64,000 nucleotides of DNA from an uncultured delta proteobacterium (GTDB taxonomy: Bacteria; Desulfobacterota; Binatia; Binatales; Binataceae). The position numbers were made by a program, and so were the translations under genes. Under the pieces are notes generated by a model, which saw only the letters and a program-made list of their open reading frames with translations, made no database searches and was not told the origin of the DNA. Positions 36,519 through 46,734 of this stretch are shown one piece after another (within the stretch, counting starts at the first letter, position 1; each line of letters begins with the position of its first letter). The DNA is taken from the NCBI GenBank assembly GCA_963794325.1, contig CAWCDG010000002.1, forward strand, positions 384,001 to 448,000. The letters run 5' to 3'.

Positions 36519-37968
36519 TCAACCGAGACGCTCGATAATTTGTTCCATCGCGATTCCGCGTGAACCTTTGACCAGCAGAACGTCGCCCGGATGGATCAAT
36601 CCGGCGACTATTTTTGCGGCGGCGACACTGTCGGGCGATGTGAGGACGTCGATCGCGTTTGTATCGCGAAAGACGACTTCGCGCGCGTGATTCATTTCGG
36701 GGCCGACGGCGACGAATGCGGCCGGACGCGCTCGCATCACGTCGCGAATGGCGTCCTGATGGGCCGCGGCCGACTGTTCGCCCAACTCGAGCATATCGCC
36801 CATCGCAATCACCAGGCGGGCGCCGAGACCGTCGGCGACCTCGCGCGCGGCTGCGAGCGCGGCGCGAATCGAGCGCGGATTCGAGTTGTAACTGTCATCG
36901 ATTACGAAGATGCCGTTGATCGAAGTGCTGGCGAGCCGGCCCGCGACCGGCTGGACGCCGGCGAGAGCGTGGGCGATCGCGGCGAGCTCGTGCGATTCGA
37001 GCGGCGCGGCGCGCATCGCGGCACCCCCGGCGATAGCGGCGGTGCAGTTGATCGCGGCGGCCTCTCCCAGCAGCGCAATTTCAGTTTCGATGAGAGGCGC
37101 GACTCCCTCTGCTACCAGGGCGCGATCGATTTCGATGCGAATACGCGAGCGGGTGCCGGCGCTTCGACCGATCAGCCGAACGTGAGCGTCAGGCGACTTG
37201 CCAAATGTGATTCGATTGAGATGTTTCGGAATCCGCGAGAGCACCATCGGTTCATCGGCGGACGCGACCGCATACTGTCGCGAGGTCGAGAACAGCGCGG
37301 CTTCTTCATCGGCGATATCGTCAAGCGTGCCCAGACCCTCGCTGTGCTCCAGATCGACGTTGAGGACCATCGCGACGTCCGGCTTGACGATCTGTGCAAG
37401 CTTTGGAATTTCGCCGCGCGTATTGGTGCCGCATTCGAGCACGGCCGCGCGATGCTCGCCGGTGAGCGTGAAAATGGTCATCGGCACGCCGATCAGATTG
37501 TTCAGGTTGCCGAACGTAGAGAGCGTCGATCCGAACAGCGCGCGAACCACCGCGGCAGTGAGTTCCTTGGTCGTGGTCTTTCCGACCGCCCCGCCGATCG
37601 CGATGAGCGGAAGGGCGCGGGCCGCGCGCGTGCGTGCCAGATGATGGTGCGCGAGCTGTCCCAGCGCGGTGAGAGTGTCGGCAACCTCGATGCAATCGAG
37701 GCCCGCATGACTTTGAGCACGCGTGACAATCGCCGCTACCGCTCCGCGCGCGGCCGCCTGCGTGAGATAGTCATGGCCATCGGACCCACTGCCTCGCAGT
37801 GCGACAAATATCGCGCCAGGCCTCGATCGATCGTGTATCGATGCTGACGCCGCGGATCCGATCACTGGCCGAGATAGTCGAGGTGCTGCTGACGACAGTG
37901 CCGCCGGTCGCCTCGACAACTCCGGCACGCGTGAACTCGCACTCATTGATCGGAATCGCCGTAGCCAT
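36519..37968 (-). CDS. murF: UDP-MurNAc-tripeptide:D-Ala-D-Ala ligase, with one frameshift near 37821
   Basis: GVSIDTRSI / PGAIFVALRG..DGHDY joined across an extra base; GKTTTKE, GNLNNLIGVP, DDSYNSNP, GDMLELG, VLLVKGSRG. Confidence 0.9.
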
Positions 37969-37988
37969 CGCGAATACATTGTGCCGAA

Positions 37989-40265
37989 TTGTCCGACCCG
38001 CTCATACCGTCCTCGCCGATCGCCGCCGCACCTGTTGATGCGCGCGAGGGTCGCCAACTGGACGCCGCCTCCGTCGCGCGTAATCCTGTTGCCGTGGCCC
38101 AAGCGCAGAAAGCGACCGAGACGATCGAGGGCATCCTCGATCAGGTCCTGTTCGCCAACGACAAGACCGGCTACTCGGTCGCGGTCGTCGTCATCCCGAA
38201 TGAGCATGGCGACTTTCGCCGCGTCACAGTCGTCGGCAATCTCGCCGGTCTCGAAGTCGGCTCGACCATCCGCGCGCTGGGCGGCTTCGAAAATCATCCA
38301 CGCTTCGGCGAGCAGTTCCATGTCGTCGATTTCGAAACGCTGCGCCCCGCCGGAGCCGTCGCGATCGAACGCTACCTCGCTTCGGAGATCAAAGGGATTG
38401 GCCGCAGGCTCGCGCGGCGAATTGCCGAGCACTTTGGCGACACGCTGGGCGAAGTACTGGACAACGCGCCCGAACGGATGCGCGAGGTGCCCGGCATCGG
38501 CGGCGCGGTCGCGCGCACCATCGCCGCCGCATGGCGCGACGCATCTGGCCTCCGCGAGCTGACCGTCTTTCTGCGCGGTCACGGCCTCGCCGCGACCCAC
38601 GCGCGGCGTATCCATAAGTTCTACGGCAAGGACGCGCTCGAGGTCGTGAAGCGCGATCCGTACGTGCTCGCGCGCACCATTCACGGCATCGGATTTCGCA
38701 CCGCCGACGCTATCGCGGAAAAACTCGGCATCCCGCGCAACTCTATCCAGCGCGCGCGCGCCGCCGTCCTCTACATCCTCGAACGCATGTCCGATGAGGG
38801 CCACGTCTATTCGCCGTTCGAGTATCTCGAAGGCCAGTTTCGCACCGCGCTCGACATGGACCCCGACCTCGCCCACGACGCCGTCAACGAGCTCGCCGCC
38901 AGCGGTGAGGTGATTGCCGAAGAAGCCGACGATCACATCGCGATTTATCTGGCCCGCCTGCACGAGGCCGAGGTCAACGTTGCCAAGCGAATCGCGGAAC
39001 TGAACGCAGGCCGCGCGATGAACAAGGACGTGATCGATCGCGCCGTCGCGGCCGCCATCAAATCATCCGAGTTGGAACTCTCAGCCGAGCAAAAGAGCGC
39101 ACTGCGATGCGCGCTGGCCAGCCGCGTCACCGTAATCACCGGCGGTCCCGGTACCGGAAAGACCACCTTGCTGCGCTCGCTGCTGGTTGCGCTCGCCGAC
39201 GTCGGTTTGAAGCCTACGCTCGCCGCGCCGACCGGACGCGCGGCTCGCCGGCTCCAGGACGCCGCGGGGCGCGACGCGAAGACGATTCACCGGCTGCTCG
39301 AATACGCTCCCGAGAGCGGCGGCTTTCTCCGCAACAAGAATTTTCCGCTGCGCACCAACTATCTGATCATCGACGAGGCCTCGATGATGGACGTCGAGCT
39401 CGCCTCGAGCCTGCTCTCCGCGCTGATGCCGAACTGTTCGCTGTTGCTGGTCGGCGATCGCGATCAGCTTCCGTCGGTCGGTCCCGGCAGCGTGCTCAAG
39501 GACGTGATCGCGTCGGACTTCGTCCCGGTCGTGCAGTTGAAGGAAGTCTATCGGCAGGCGCGCCGCAGCTTGATCGTCGCCAACGCGCATCGCCTGAATC
39601 GCGGCGAGTTCCCGCAGCTTTCCAACGACGCCGAAGGCGATTTTTTTTTCTTCGAGCGCAACGCTGCCGAGGACGTGCTCGCCACCATCAAACAACTCGT
39701 GCAGCAACGGCTGATCGGGCGCTTCGGAATCAACGACCCCCGCGAAATCCAGGTGCTGACTCCGATGAACCGCGGCCCACTCGGCACCCATCTTCTGAAT
39801 CGCGAGCTGCAAGCATTGCTGAATCCATCGGGTCGCGAACTTCGCTCCGGCGACCGGACGTTTCGAGAGGGAGATCGCGTCATCCAATTGCGCAACAATT
39901 ACGACAAGGCCGTTTTCAACGGCTCGATCGGCCGGATCGTCGCAATCAATTCTGAAAAAGCGCGCGTGAGCGTCACGTTCGAAGAGACTCACGCTGAGTA
40001 TGATCTGTCCGAACTAGACGAACTGGCCCTCGCCTACGCGATCTCGGTGCACAAGAGCCAGGGGAGCCAGTATCCCGCGATCGTGATGCCGATACATTCG
40101 AGCCACTACCTGATGCTCCGCCGCAACCTGCTCTACACCGCAATCACACGCGCCGAGCGGGTATGCGTGCTGGTCGGAACGAAGAGCGCGCTGCAGCAGG
40201 CGGTGCGCAATCAGGACGAGCGCCTGCGGTTCTCGCGCTTGGCCGCCCGATTGCACGTGGACTGA
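37989..40265 (+). CDS. recD2: ATP-dependent RecD2-like helicase
   Basis: HPRFGEQF, HhH repeats, GIGFRTAD, ITGGPGTGKTT, IIDEASM, GDRDQLPSVGPG, AYAISVHKSQGSQY. Start uncertain. Confidence 0.93.
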   Translation: MSDPLIPSSPIAAAPVDAREGRQLDAASVARNPVAVAQAQKATETIEGILDQVLFANDKTGYSVAVVVIPNEHGDFRRVTVVGNLAGLEVGSTIRALGGFENHPRFGEQFHVVDFETLRPAGAVAIERYLASEIKGIGRRLARRIAEHFGDTLGEVLDNAPERMREVPGIGGAVARTIAAAWRDASGLRELTVFLRGHGLAATHARRIHKFYGKDALEVVKRDPYVLARTIHGIGFRTADAIAEKLGIPRNSIQRARAAVLYILERMSDEGHVYSPFEYLEGQFRTALDMDPDLAHDAVNELAASGEVIAEEADDHIAIYLARLHEAEVNVAKRIAELNAGRAMNKDVIDRAVAAAIKSSELELSAEQKSALRCALASRVTVITGGPGTGKTTLLRSLLVALADVGLKPTLAAPTGRAARRLQDAAGRDAKTIHRLLEYAPESGGFLRNKNFPLRTNYLIIDEASMMDVELASSLLSALMPNCSLLLVGDRDQLPSVGPGSVLKDVIASDFVPVVQLKEVYRQARRSLIVANAHRLNRGEFPQLSNDAEGDFFFFERNAAEDVLATIKQLVQQRLIGRFGINDPREIQVLTPMNRGPLGTHLLNRELQALLNPSGRELRSGDRTFREGDRVIQLRNNYDKAVFNGSIGRIVAINSEKARVSVTFEETHAEYDLSELDELALAYAISVHKSQGSQYPAIVMPIHSSHYLMLRRNLLYTAITRAERVCVLVGTKSALQQAVRNQDERLRFSRLAARLHVD

Positions 40266-40269
40266 TAAA

Positions 40270-40914
40270 TCAGTGGTGTCCCATCAGACGGACGATCGCG
40301 AACACAATGACCCCGACAGTGAGCAGTACGATAAGCGGCGGTATCAGAACCGCAGCCAGCGCGCGCCACGCGGAGAATCGATGCACCTCGCCGATACACT
40401 TCAGCGAGACGAAGAATCCCCACACCGCGAGCACACCCTCGACCACCATAACTTTGTAAAATGCGGGATCGATCGCCGGCATCGTTCCCGGCGTCGTTGG
40501 AACCGGTATCGGGATGCCCATCAGGACTGCGAGCAACAGGACAGTCGCGGCGGCGATTCCGGGCACTTGCGACCAGGCTATCGCGGCGCGCATTTCGACT
40601 CGGCTCGCGACGCCGCCGAGCAGGCTCCCCGACCATTTGAAGACCGCGCCAAAGATGAAAAGAAACAGAACTCCGAGCGCTGCTCGAAATGCGACGCTTA
40701 CCGCGACCCAGAGCGGCCACAGCACCGACAGATTCGCGTTAGTGCCAAGCGCCTTCGACCATTGCTCCGCCAACGCGCTAATCGCCGGACCGACCGCAAC
40801 CAGTATGATTACATTGCGCGTCGGATCGGTATCGACGATTCGCCGCATCGTCGCGCGCGGCTCCGTCCATATCGTAAAGAAAGGTGTGATTGAGTTGCCG
40901 GTCCCGTCGGCCAT
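40270..40914 (-). CDS. Yip1 family membrane protein
   Basis: PFFTIWTEPRATMRRI, several TM helices, EVHRFSAWRA. Confidence 0.8.
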   Translation of the reverse strand: MADGTGNSITPFFTIWTEPRATMRRIVDTDPTRNVIILVAVGPAISALAEQWSKALGTNANLSVLWPLWVAVSVAFRAALGVLFLFIFGAVFKWSGSLLGGVASRVEMRAAIAWSQVPGIAAATVLLLAVLMGIPIPVPTTPGTMPAIDPAFYKVMVVEGVLAVWGFFVSLKCIGEVHRFSAWRALAAVLIPPLIVLLTVGVIVFAIVRLMGHH

Positions 40915-41014
40915 GGAAGCTGTCTCGCTGCGACTCTCGCCACGCTAGCATCTTGGGCGCATCGCGCAACAGCGCGATTGACTCAGATTCGCGATGCGAA
41001 CTACGATCGCGAAG

Positions 41015-41323
41015 ATGAAACGCCTCAACTCGATTCTTCTGGCCGCGTTGCTTGCGGGATCCGTGCACGCTTACGGATGCGTCTTCGTCCAATCGAGTGC
41101 GATCGCCGATCGTGCGGGCGCCGGCAATCCGATCACCGCGAATGCGAGCGACCTCGGATACCTTCACCTGATCGCGCCGCAAGGACTGACCCAGACCGCG
41201 CTTTCGAATCTGCTGAGCAGCTGCGCCACCGGCAAAGTGTCGGGCGTGACGACCGAGCTTCAGATGCGAGATTTCTTTCTGGTCCAGTCGTACAACGTGT
41301 CAGTCAGCGGCACCTGCAGCTAG
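41015..41323 (+). CDS. Small exported hypothetical protein
   Basis: MKRLNSILLAALLAG signal; Cys pair in the mature region. Confidence 0.55.
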   Translation: MKRLNSILLAALLAGSVHAYGCVFVQSSAIADRAGAGNPITANASDLGYLHLIAPQGLTQTALSNLLSSCATGKVSGVTTELQMRDFFLVQSYNVSVSGTCS

Positions 41324-41820
41324 CGGATCTTGACGGCGGGCTTTTCCGACGGTGGCCGGCTGCGCTTGCCGCGCACCGGCCGCAGCGCACGAAGAAAACT
41401 CATCACTGCCTCAGCCTCCGATCGCACCGCATCGGGATCGTGACCGGCTTGCTCCAGCGCTTGCTCGACGTCCGCAATAGTCTTTGCCCAATCGTTCTTG
41501 TACTTGCGATTCAGCTCCTTCCACGCCACGCCCGCCAGCGCGTCCGTGACATTCGCCGGCGGACGATAAAATCCACGCGCGATCAGCACCGCGATCGCCG
41601 GATAACCGACGTAGCCCTGCCAGTACGACGCGTTGTCGTTCGACGCGATCTCGCGCCCGTCGGCGGACGTCTCGACCTCATAAGTCTTCGCTCCGTCCGA
41701 CGAGGTTACCGTCGCCCGCCGCTCGTCCTCGATTCGCACCCGTCCGTCGCCAATCGCGCCGAGCGCCTCGTACACCTTGATCAGCGGCGGCATTTTCCAC
41801 TGCGATGCTGGCATAGCCAT
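41320..41820 (-). CDS. Hypothetical protein
   Basis: WKMPP.IKVYEALGAI.DGRV, SNDNASYWQGY.GYPAIA; host-like codon usage. Confidence 0.65.
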   Translation of the reverse strand: MAMPASQWKMPPLIKVYEALGAIGDGRVRIEDERRATVTSSDGAKTYEVETSADGREIASNDNASYWQGYVGYPAIAVLIARGFYRPPANVTDALAGVAWKELNRKYKNDWAKTIADVEQALEQAGHDPDAVRSEAEAVMSFLRALRPVRGKRSRPPSEKPAVKIR

Positions 41821-41885
41821 CTCTAATCGATCATATTCGACATCACGTCAATCAATCTGGAGACCATGAAAAAGTGAGAAACGCG

Positions 41886-42335
41886 ATGGCAAATCCACCA
41901 ATCGGCAAACTCGACCATATCGGAATCGCGGTTAAGAGCGTCGCCGAGGCGCGCAAGTTTTTCGAGGACACGCTCGGCGCCAGCTTCGTGTTCGAAGCGG
42001 CCAACGAAGCAGCCGGCTACAAGCTCGCCGCGCTCGATCTGAGCGGATTGTCAATCGAGCTCCTGGAGCCGCTCGGAGAGAATTCGTTCCTGCACAAATT
42101 TCTCGAAAAGCGCGGCGAGGGGATGCATCACCTGACCTTCAACGTCCCGGACTGCAAAGAGAAGACCGCCGCTTTGAAAGAGCAGGGCGTTCGCATCGTC
42201 GACGAAACCCGATGGTCGTCCACCAGCTTCGAATCTTTCATCTCCCCGCGCTCATCGCACGGAGTACTAATCCAACTAGGCTCGGGCTACCCAACCCTCA
42301 ACAGCGATCCAGCCTGGACCCGGAAGAAGGACTAA
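41886..42335 (+). CDS. VOC family protein (methylmalonyl-CoA epimerase-like)
   Basis: LDHIGIAV, IELLEP, KFLEKRGEGMHHL, HGVLIQL. Confidence 0.85.
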   Translation: MANPPIGKLDHIGIAVKSVAEARKFFEDTLGASFVFEAANEAAGYKLAALDLSGLSIELLEPLGENSFLHKFLEKRGEGMHHLTFNVPDCKEKTAALKEQGVRIVDETRWSSTSFESFISPRSSHGVLIQLGSGYPTLNSDPAWTRKKD

Positions 42336-42360
42336 CCCTCCCCCCAAAAACTTCCTAACA

Positions 42361-42445
42361 GGGACGAAGTCCCGCATCTTTTCTTTAATACCGGGTGCAG
42401 GGGTCACCCCTGCCGCGGAAGCGTGAAACCCGCGGAGGGTTTCAC
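42361..42445. terminator. Hairpin cluster between convergent genes
   Basis: gggac-gaa-gtccc then a T tract; gcagggg-tca-cccctgc; gtgaaaccc-gcgga-gggtttcac. Confidence 0.5.
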
Positions 42446-42460
42446 ATTCAATAAACTTCT

Positions 42461-43240
42461 TTACCCAATCAGCCCCGGATTCGCGCCGCCGTCGATCGTG
42501 ACGTTCGCGCCATGAATGAACGCTGCGCGATCCGACGCGAGGAACATCACCAGGTCCGCAACTTCTTCAGCCTTGCCGGGACGTCCCAGCGGCGTCATTC
42601 GCTTCAGCACTTCATCCATATTACCGCCCGCGGCGCGTCGCTCGGTGAACACGCGCAACCGGTCGGTGAAAATCGGCCCTGGATTCACTCCGACCACGCG
42701 CACGCCATGCTTCGATCCCTCATTCGCCAGCGCCTTCGTAAAATGGTTAAGCGCGGCATTCGCCGATCCACCAATCATATATCCGCCAGTCGGAATCAGC
42801 CCGCCGGTCCCGATCACATTCACGATCACGCCGTGACCCTGGCGCTGCATTTGCGGCAAGACTTCGCGCGCCATCCGCACATAGCCGAAGAATTTGAGAT
42901 TCCAGTCCTCGAGCCACTCGTCGTCGGTAAGCTTCTGAAAGTCGCCCGGCCGCGCGCTGCCGGCATTGTTCACGAGGATGTCGATTTTGCCGAACGCCTC
43001 GACGCATCGCGCGACGACTCGCTTCACATCCTCCGGCTTGTTGAGGTCCGCCTGAATTGCCTCGACGCGCGCACCGTCGCGCCCGCGGGCCAGTTTCACG
43101 GTTTCATCCAGCGCTTCGCGGCCGCGCGCGCATACCAGCACCGACGCGCCTTCCAGTGCGAACCCGATTGCAGTCGCGCGCCCGATTCCTTTGCTGCCGC
43201 CCGTGACGATCGCCACTTTACCGCCGAGTCCGAGTTCCAT
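42461..43240 (-). CDS. SDR family oxidoreductase
   Basis: TGGSKGIG, ILVNNAG, VNPGPI.T, DGG. Confidence 0.9.
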   Translation of the reverse strand: MELGLGGKVAIVTGGSKGIGRATAIGFALEGASVLVCARGREALDETVKLARGRDGARVEAIQADLNKPEDVKRVVARCVEAFGKIDILVNNAGSARPGDFQKLTDDEWLEDWNLKFFGYVRMAREVLPQMQRQGHGVIVNVIGTGGLIPTGGYMIGGSANAALNHFTKALANEGSKHGVRVVGVNPGPIFTDRLRVFTERRAAGGNMDEVLKRMTPLGRPGKAEEVADLVMFLASDRAAFIHGANVTIDGGANPGLIG

Positions 43241-43362
43241 TGTGGATAACCTCTATAAGATTCCGTCGTCCAAGTTCACATCGCACCGTCGCGAGGGTCA
43301 ACCGCCTTAACATGACTCCTTCTATCTGACACGATTGCGGTAAGCGCCCCACGGCCTTTGCA

Positions 43363-45039
43363 ATGAAAGAACTGATCGTCTCCATCCTTCGCGACGCAAT
43401 CGGGCGGGCGCGCGCCGCCGGTCAATTAACCTCCGAAATTCCGGCCATCGGAATCGAGGCGCCGCGCGATTCTGCCCACGGCGACATCGCTTCGAACATC
43501 GCGCTGATTCTCGCAAAGCCCGAGCGTAAATCACCTCGTGCGATTGCCGAGATAATCAAGTCGCACGTCACGTTGCCCGCCGAGGTGAGCGAAGTCTCAG
43601 TCGCCGGTCCCGGCTTCATCAATTTCAAAATGTCGCCGGCGTACTGGCATTCTGAGATTCGCCGCGCCGCCGCCGCTGGCCGCGATTTCTGGAAACCTCG
43701 CGCATGGGAACTGCGCCCTGGCGCTGGCAAGAAAGTGCAAGTCGAATTTCTATCAGCCAATCCTACCGGCCCCGTGACTGTCGGCCACGGCCGCAACGCA
43801 GTCCTCGGCGACACGATCGCGCGTCTCTACGAGGCCGCGCGCTTTGACGTGACGCGCGAATATTATTTCAACGATGGCGGCCGCCAGATGAAGCTGCTCG
43901 GCGAGTCGGTCCGCGCGCGCTATCTGCAGGCCCATGGCATCGACGCCCCGATGCCTCCCGATGGCTACCAGGGCGAGTACATCGTCGACATCGCGCGCGC
44001 TCTGAAAGCCGAGCGCGGCGATTCGCTCATCTCTGTCACCGATCTCGAAATTTTCCGCTCGGTGGCTGTCAAAGCCATCTTCGCCGACATCAACCAGACC
44101 TGCACGCGCCTCGGAATCCGCTTCGACGTCTTCACCAACGAGCTCGATCTCTTCAACTCCGGCAAGGTCGATGCGGTCCTCAAGGCTCTCCACGATGCGG
44201 GCCTGACCTTCGAGCAGGACGGCGCAGTTTACCTGCGCGGCGAGCCGCTCGGACTTCCGAAAGACGCGGTGTTGGTGCGCAGCGGCCCCGACCGCCAGCC
44301 GACTTACCGCACTCCGGACATCGCCTATCACATCGAGAAGCTCAAGCGCGGCTTCGACTTGATCGTGGGCATCTTCGGCGCCGATCACATCGCCGAGCAT
44401 CAGGAGGTCGTCGCCGCCGTTAAGGCGCTCGGTTACGACATCGCTCCCATCCGCGCAATCATCTACCAGTTCGTCACGCTCACCCGCGCCGGCGAGAAAG
44501 TTAAAATGTCCACGCGCAAGGCGACCTACGTCACGCTCGACGAATTGATCGACGAAGTCGGCGCCGACGTCGTCCGATTTTTCTTTCTGTTCCGCAAATC
44601 CGACAGCCAGCTCGATTTCGATCTCGAGCTTGCCAAAAAGCAGGCGCCCGAGAATCCTGTCTTCTATGTCCAGTATGCGCACGCGCGCCTCGCCAGCATT
44701 TTCCGCGAGGGCGCCGCGAAAGATCTGATACTCCCGGCGGACACTTCTTCGATAGACCTCAACCTGCTCGGCCCCGAGGAACTCGATCTCGCCAAGCGCG
44801 CGCTCGGACTCCCCGACGTGATGTCCGCTGCCGCCGAGGCCCTCGAGCCGCATCGAATTCCATTCTATCTGCTCGACCTGGCCGGCGACTTCCATCGCTA
44901 CTACAACAAGCCCGCGAATCGTATAATTGGGCTGGATCGCCAGCTCAGTTTGGCGCGGATGTACATGGCGCAAATTCTCAACGACGCGATCGCGGGCGGT
45001 CTCGAGTTGCTCGGGGTGAGCGCTCCAGAGCGGATGTGA
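43363..45039 (+). CDS. argS: Arginine--tRNA ligase
   Basis: SANPTGPVTVGHGR, KMSTRK, FDLELA, YVQYAHAR, LLGVSAPERM. Confidence 0.97.
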   Translation: MKELIVSILRDAIGRARAAGQLTSEIPAIGIEAPRDSAHGDIASNIALILAKPERKSPRAIAEIIKSHVTLPAEVSEVSVAGPGFINFKMSPAYWHSEIRRAAAAGRDFWKPRAWELRPGAGKKVQVEFLSANPTGPVTVGHGRNAVLGDTIARLYEAARFDVTREYYFNDGGRQMKLLGESVRARYLQAHGIDAPMPPDGYQGEYIVDIARALKAERGDSLISVTDLEIFRSVAVKAIFADINQTCTRLGIRFDVFTNELDLFNSGKVDAVLKALHDAGLTFEQDGAVYLRGEPLGLPKDAVLVRSGPDRQPTYRTPDIAYHIEKLKRGFDLIVGIFGADHIAEHQEVVAAVKALGYDIAPIRAIIYQFVTLTRAGEKVKMSTRKATYVTLDELIDEVGADVVRFFFLFRKSDSQLDFDLELAKKQAPENPVFYVQYAHARLASIFREGAAKDLILPADTSSIDLNLLGPEELDLAKRALGLPDVMSAAAEALEPHRIPFYLLDLAGDFHRYYNKPANRIIGLDRQLSLARMYMAQILNDAIAGGLELLGVSAPERM

Positions 45040-45055
45040 AGGGACGGAGAAGGGG

Positions 45056-45739
45056 ATGCGATTCGAAATCAAGGCAGGTGGCGGCTTTCTGATTCTGCTC
45101 GGACTAGTCGGGTTGTCGGGCGCGGTCTTCGTGCTGGGATTGGTCGCGGGCTACGAGATGGCCCGTCAGACGCAGCCCGATGTGAATCAAATCTCCTCGA
45201 CTTACCCGCTGCCGAATGCGCCCGAAAAGCCCGCGCCCGTATCCGAGATGTCGCCCGCGGCTCAGGCGTCGGCGGCGATCGCGTCCGCACCGGCTCCCCG
45301 AACCGTCCCGGTAAAACCGCCGGCGCCCGCGATCAGCGAAAGCGACGCCAATCCCGCTTCGCATCCATCACCTGCCGCCGTCGCGCGTTTGAAACCGCCG
45401 CGCGAAGCGCCGGCGATTACTCCGCCGACATCGGAAGATGAAAACACCGACGAGGATACTGAAACGGCTTCAGCTCCCACCTCGCCATCGCGCGCGCTAC
45501 CGCCCGGCGCCAAGCCCTACAACATTCAGATCGAAGCCGTGATGGACAAGAGCGGGGCGGACGAGATGGTCTCGCGGCTGAAGGAACTGGGCTACAACGC
45601 CCAGGAAACAAAAGTCGCGCTCAACGGGCAGACCTGGTATCGCGTCCGCATCGGACCCTACGACAGCGCGGACGAAGCGACCGCCGCGCAAAACGAATTG
45701 CGCGAAAAATACAAGCAGGCCTACACGACCTCGCACTGA
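45056..45739 (+). CDS. SPOR domain protein
   Basis: TM helix, P/A-rich linker, WYRVRIGPY; follows argS. Confidence 0.88.
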   Translation: MRFEIKAGGGFLILLGLVGLSGAVFVLGLVAGYEMARQTQPDVNQISSTYPLPNAPEKPAPVSEMSPAAQASAAIASAPAPRTVPVKPPAPAISESDANPASHPSPAAVARLKPPREAPAITPPTSEDENTDEDTETASAPTSPSRALPPGAKPYNIQIEAVMDKSGADEMVSRLKELGYNAQETKVALNGQTWYRVRIGPYDSADEATAAQNELREKYKQAYTTSH

Positions 45740-45815
45740 GTAGGACGGAATTTATTCCGTCATGCAGCGGAATTTATTCCCTCAAGAAGAATCGACGAAA
45801 TAAATTTCGTCCTAC
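45740..45815. repeat. REP doublet (REPIN-like)
   Basis: GTAGGACGGAATTTATTCCGTC at 45740-45761, a partial third copy, and an inverted copy at 45794-45815 with compensatory stem changes. Confidence 0.85.
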
Positions 45816-45817
45816 TA

Positions 45818-46543
45818 ATGGCCGACACCTACAACGACCGCCTCTTCAACGGCAATCGCGCGCGCCGCTTCCTGCATGAACGCCGCTTCTGGTGGCTGAC
45901 CGATCGGCTGCGCCGCTTGAGCATGCGCCGCGCCGACATAATCGAGATCGGATGCTACGACGCAAAGACGATCTCGTACCTCGAACGCAGCGATATCACC
46001 GTCAATCGATACGTCGGCTACGAGTCCGAGGACTACCTCGTTGACAGCGTGCGGGAGCAATGGGCTGCGCGCCCCGAAATCACGATCCTGAAATCGACGT
46101 CAGCGTCAGACATCGACCTGTCTCAGACCTTCGACGTTGGCATCTGCATGGAAACCCTCGAGCATCTTCCCGACGAACTCGTCGACGGCTACCTGGAGAT
46201 TCTTGCAAAGGTCGTGCGCGGCCCGGTCTTCTTCACGATCCCGGTCGAACGCGGCGCGATGCTGGTGGCGAAGCAACTCGGCTATCGCATCTTCGGAATG
46301 TACGGCGATCGCCTGTCCTGGCGCGATCTACTGAACGGCGCCCTAAGCCAAACCGACCGAATCCCCCGTCACGAACACGCCGGCTTCGACGACCGCCAGA
46401 TGATCAAGCGCATCGCGCACCACTTCAACGTCACAGAATCCGCCGGCCTCTTCGTCCCATATTTCACCACCCTAAATTTCACCGTCGGTATAGTCGGGTC
46501 AGCGCGCACAGTTGACAACGACTCGGCTCACCTTCATCATTAA
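45818..46543 (+). CDS. Class I SAM-dependent methyltransferase-like protein
   Basis: IIEIGC, FDVGICMETLEHL, TIPVE. Confidence 0.7.
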   Translation: MADTYNDRLFNGNRARRFLHERRFWWLTDRLRRLSMRRADIIEIGCYDAKTISYLERSDITVNRYVGYESEDYLVDSVREQWAARPEITILKSTSASDIDLSQTFDVGICMETLEHLPDELVDGYLEILAKVVRGPVFFTIPVERGAMLVAKQLGYRIFGMYGDRLSWRDLLNGALSQTDRIPRHEHAGFDDRQMIKRIAHHFNVTESAGLFVPYFTTLNFTVGIVGSARTVDNDSAHLHH

Positions 46544-46550
46544 TCCTAAG

Positions 46551-46631
46551 ATGAAACTCACGAGCCGAAATGTTTGCGCGGGATGGTGGCGTTGGCACCT
46601 CGATGCACCCGCCTGCGCGCCGGCTTTGTAA
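46551..46631 (+). CDS. trpL: trp operon leader peptide (26 aa)
   Basis: MKLTSRNVCAGWWRWHLDAPACAPAL* directly upstream of the terminator and trpE. Confidence 0.88.
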   Translation: MKLTSRNVCAGWWRWHLDAPACAPAL

Positions 46632-46653
46632 TTCATCGCAAAACCGATTTCCC

Positions 46654-46692
46654 AAAAGGGCCGCAGGCAAAACCTGCGGCCCTTTTCTTTTT
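46654..46692 (+). terminator. trp attenuator terminator
   Basis: aaaagggccgcagg-caaaa-cctgcggcccttttcttttt; alternative pairing of gcctgcg (46611-46617) with cgcaggc (46662-46668). Confidence 0.9.
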
Positions 46693-46734
46693 GGATTTGA
46701 ACGACGGAGTCGAAAGTAAGCGAGGCAAACTGGA

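Noticed and set aside
36519-38963. 814-aa minus-strand ORF
   Set aside because: Chimera of the recD2 antisense frame and the murF body, created by the frameshift; real murF starts at 37968.
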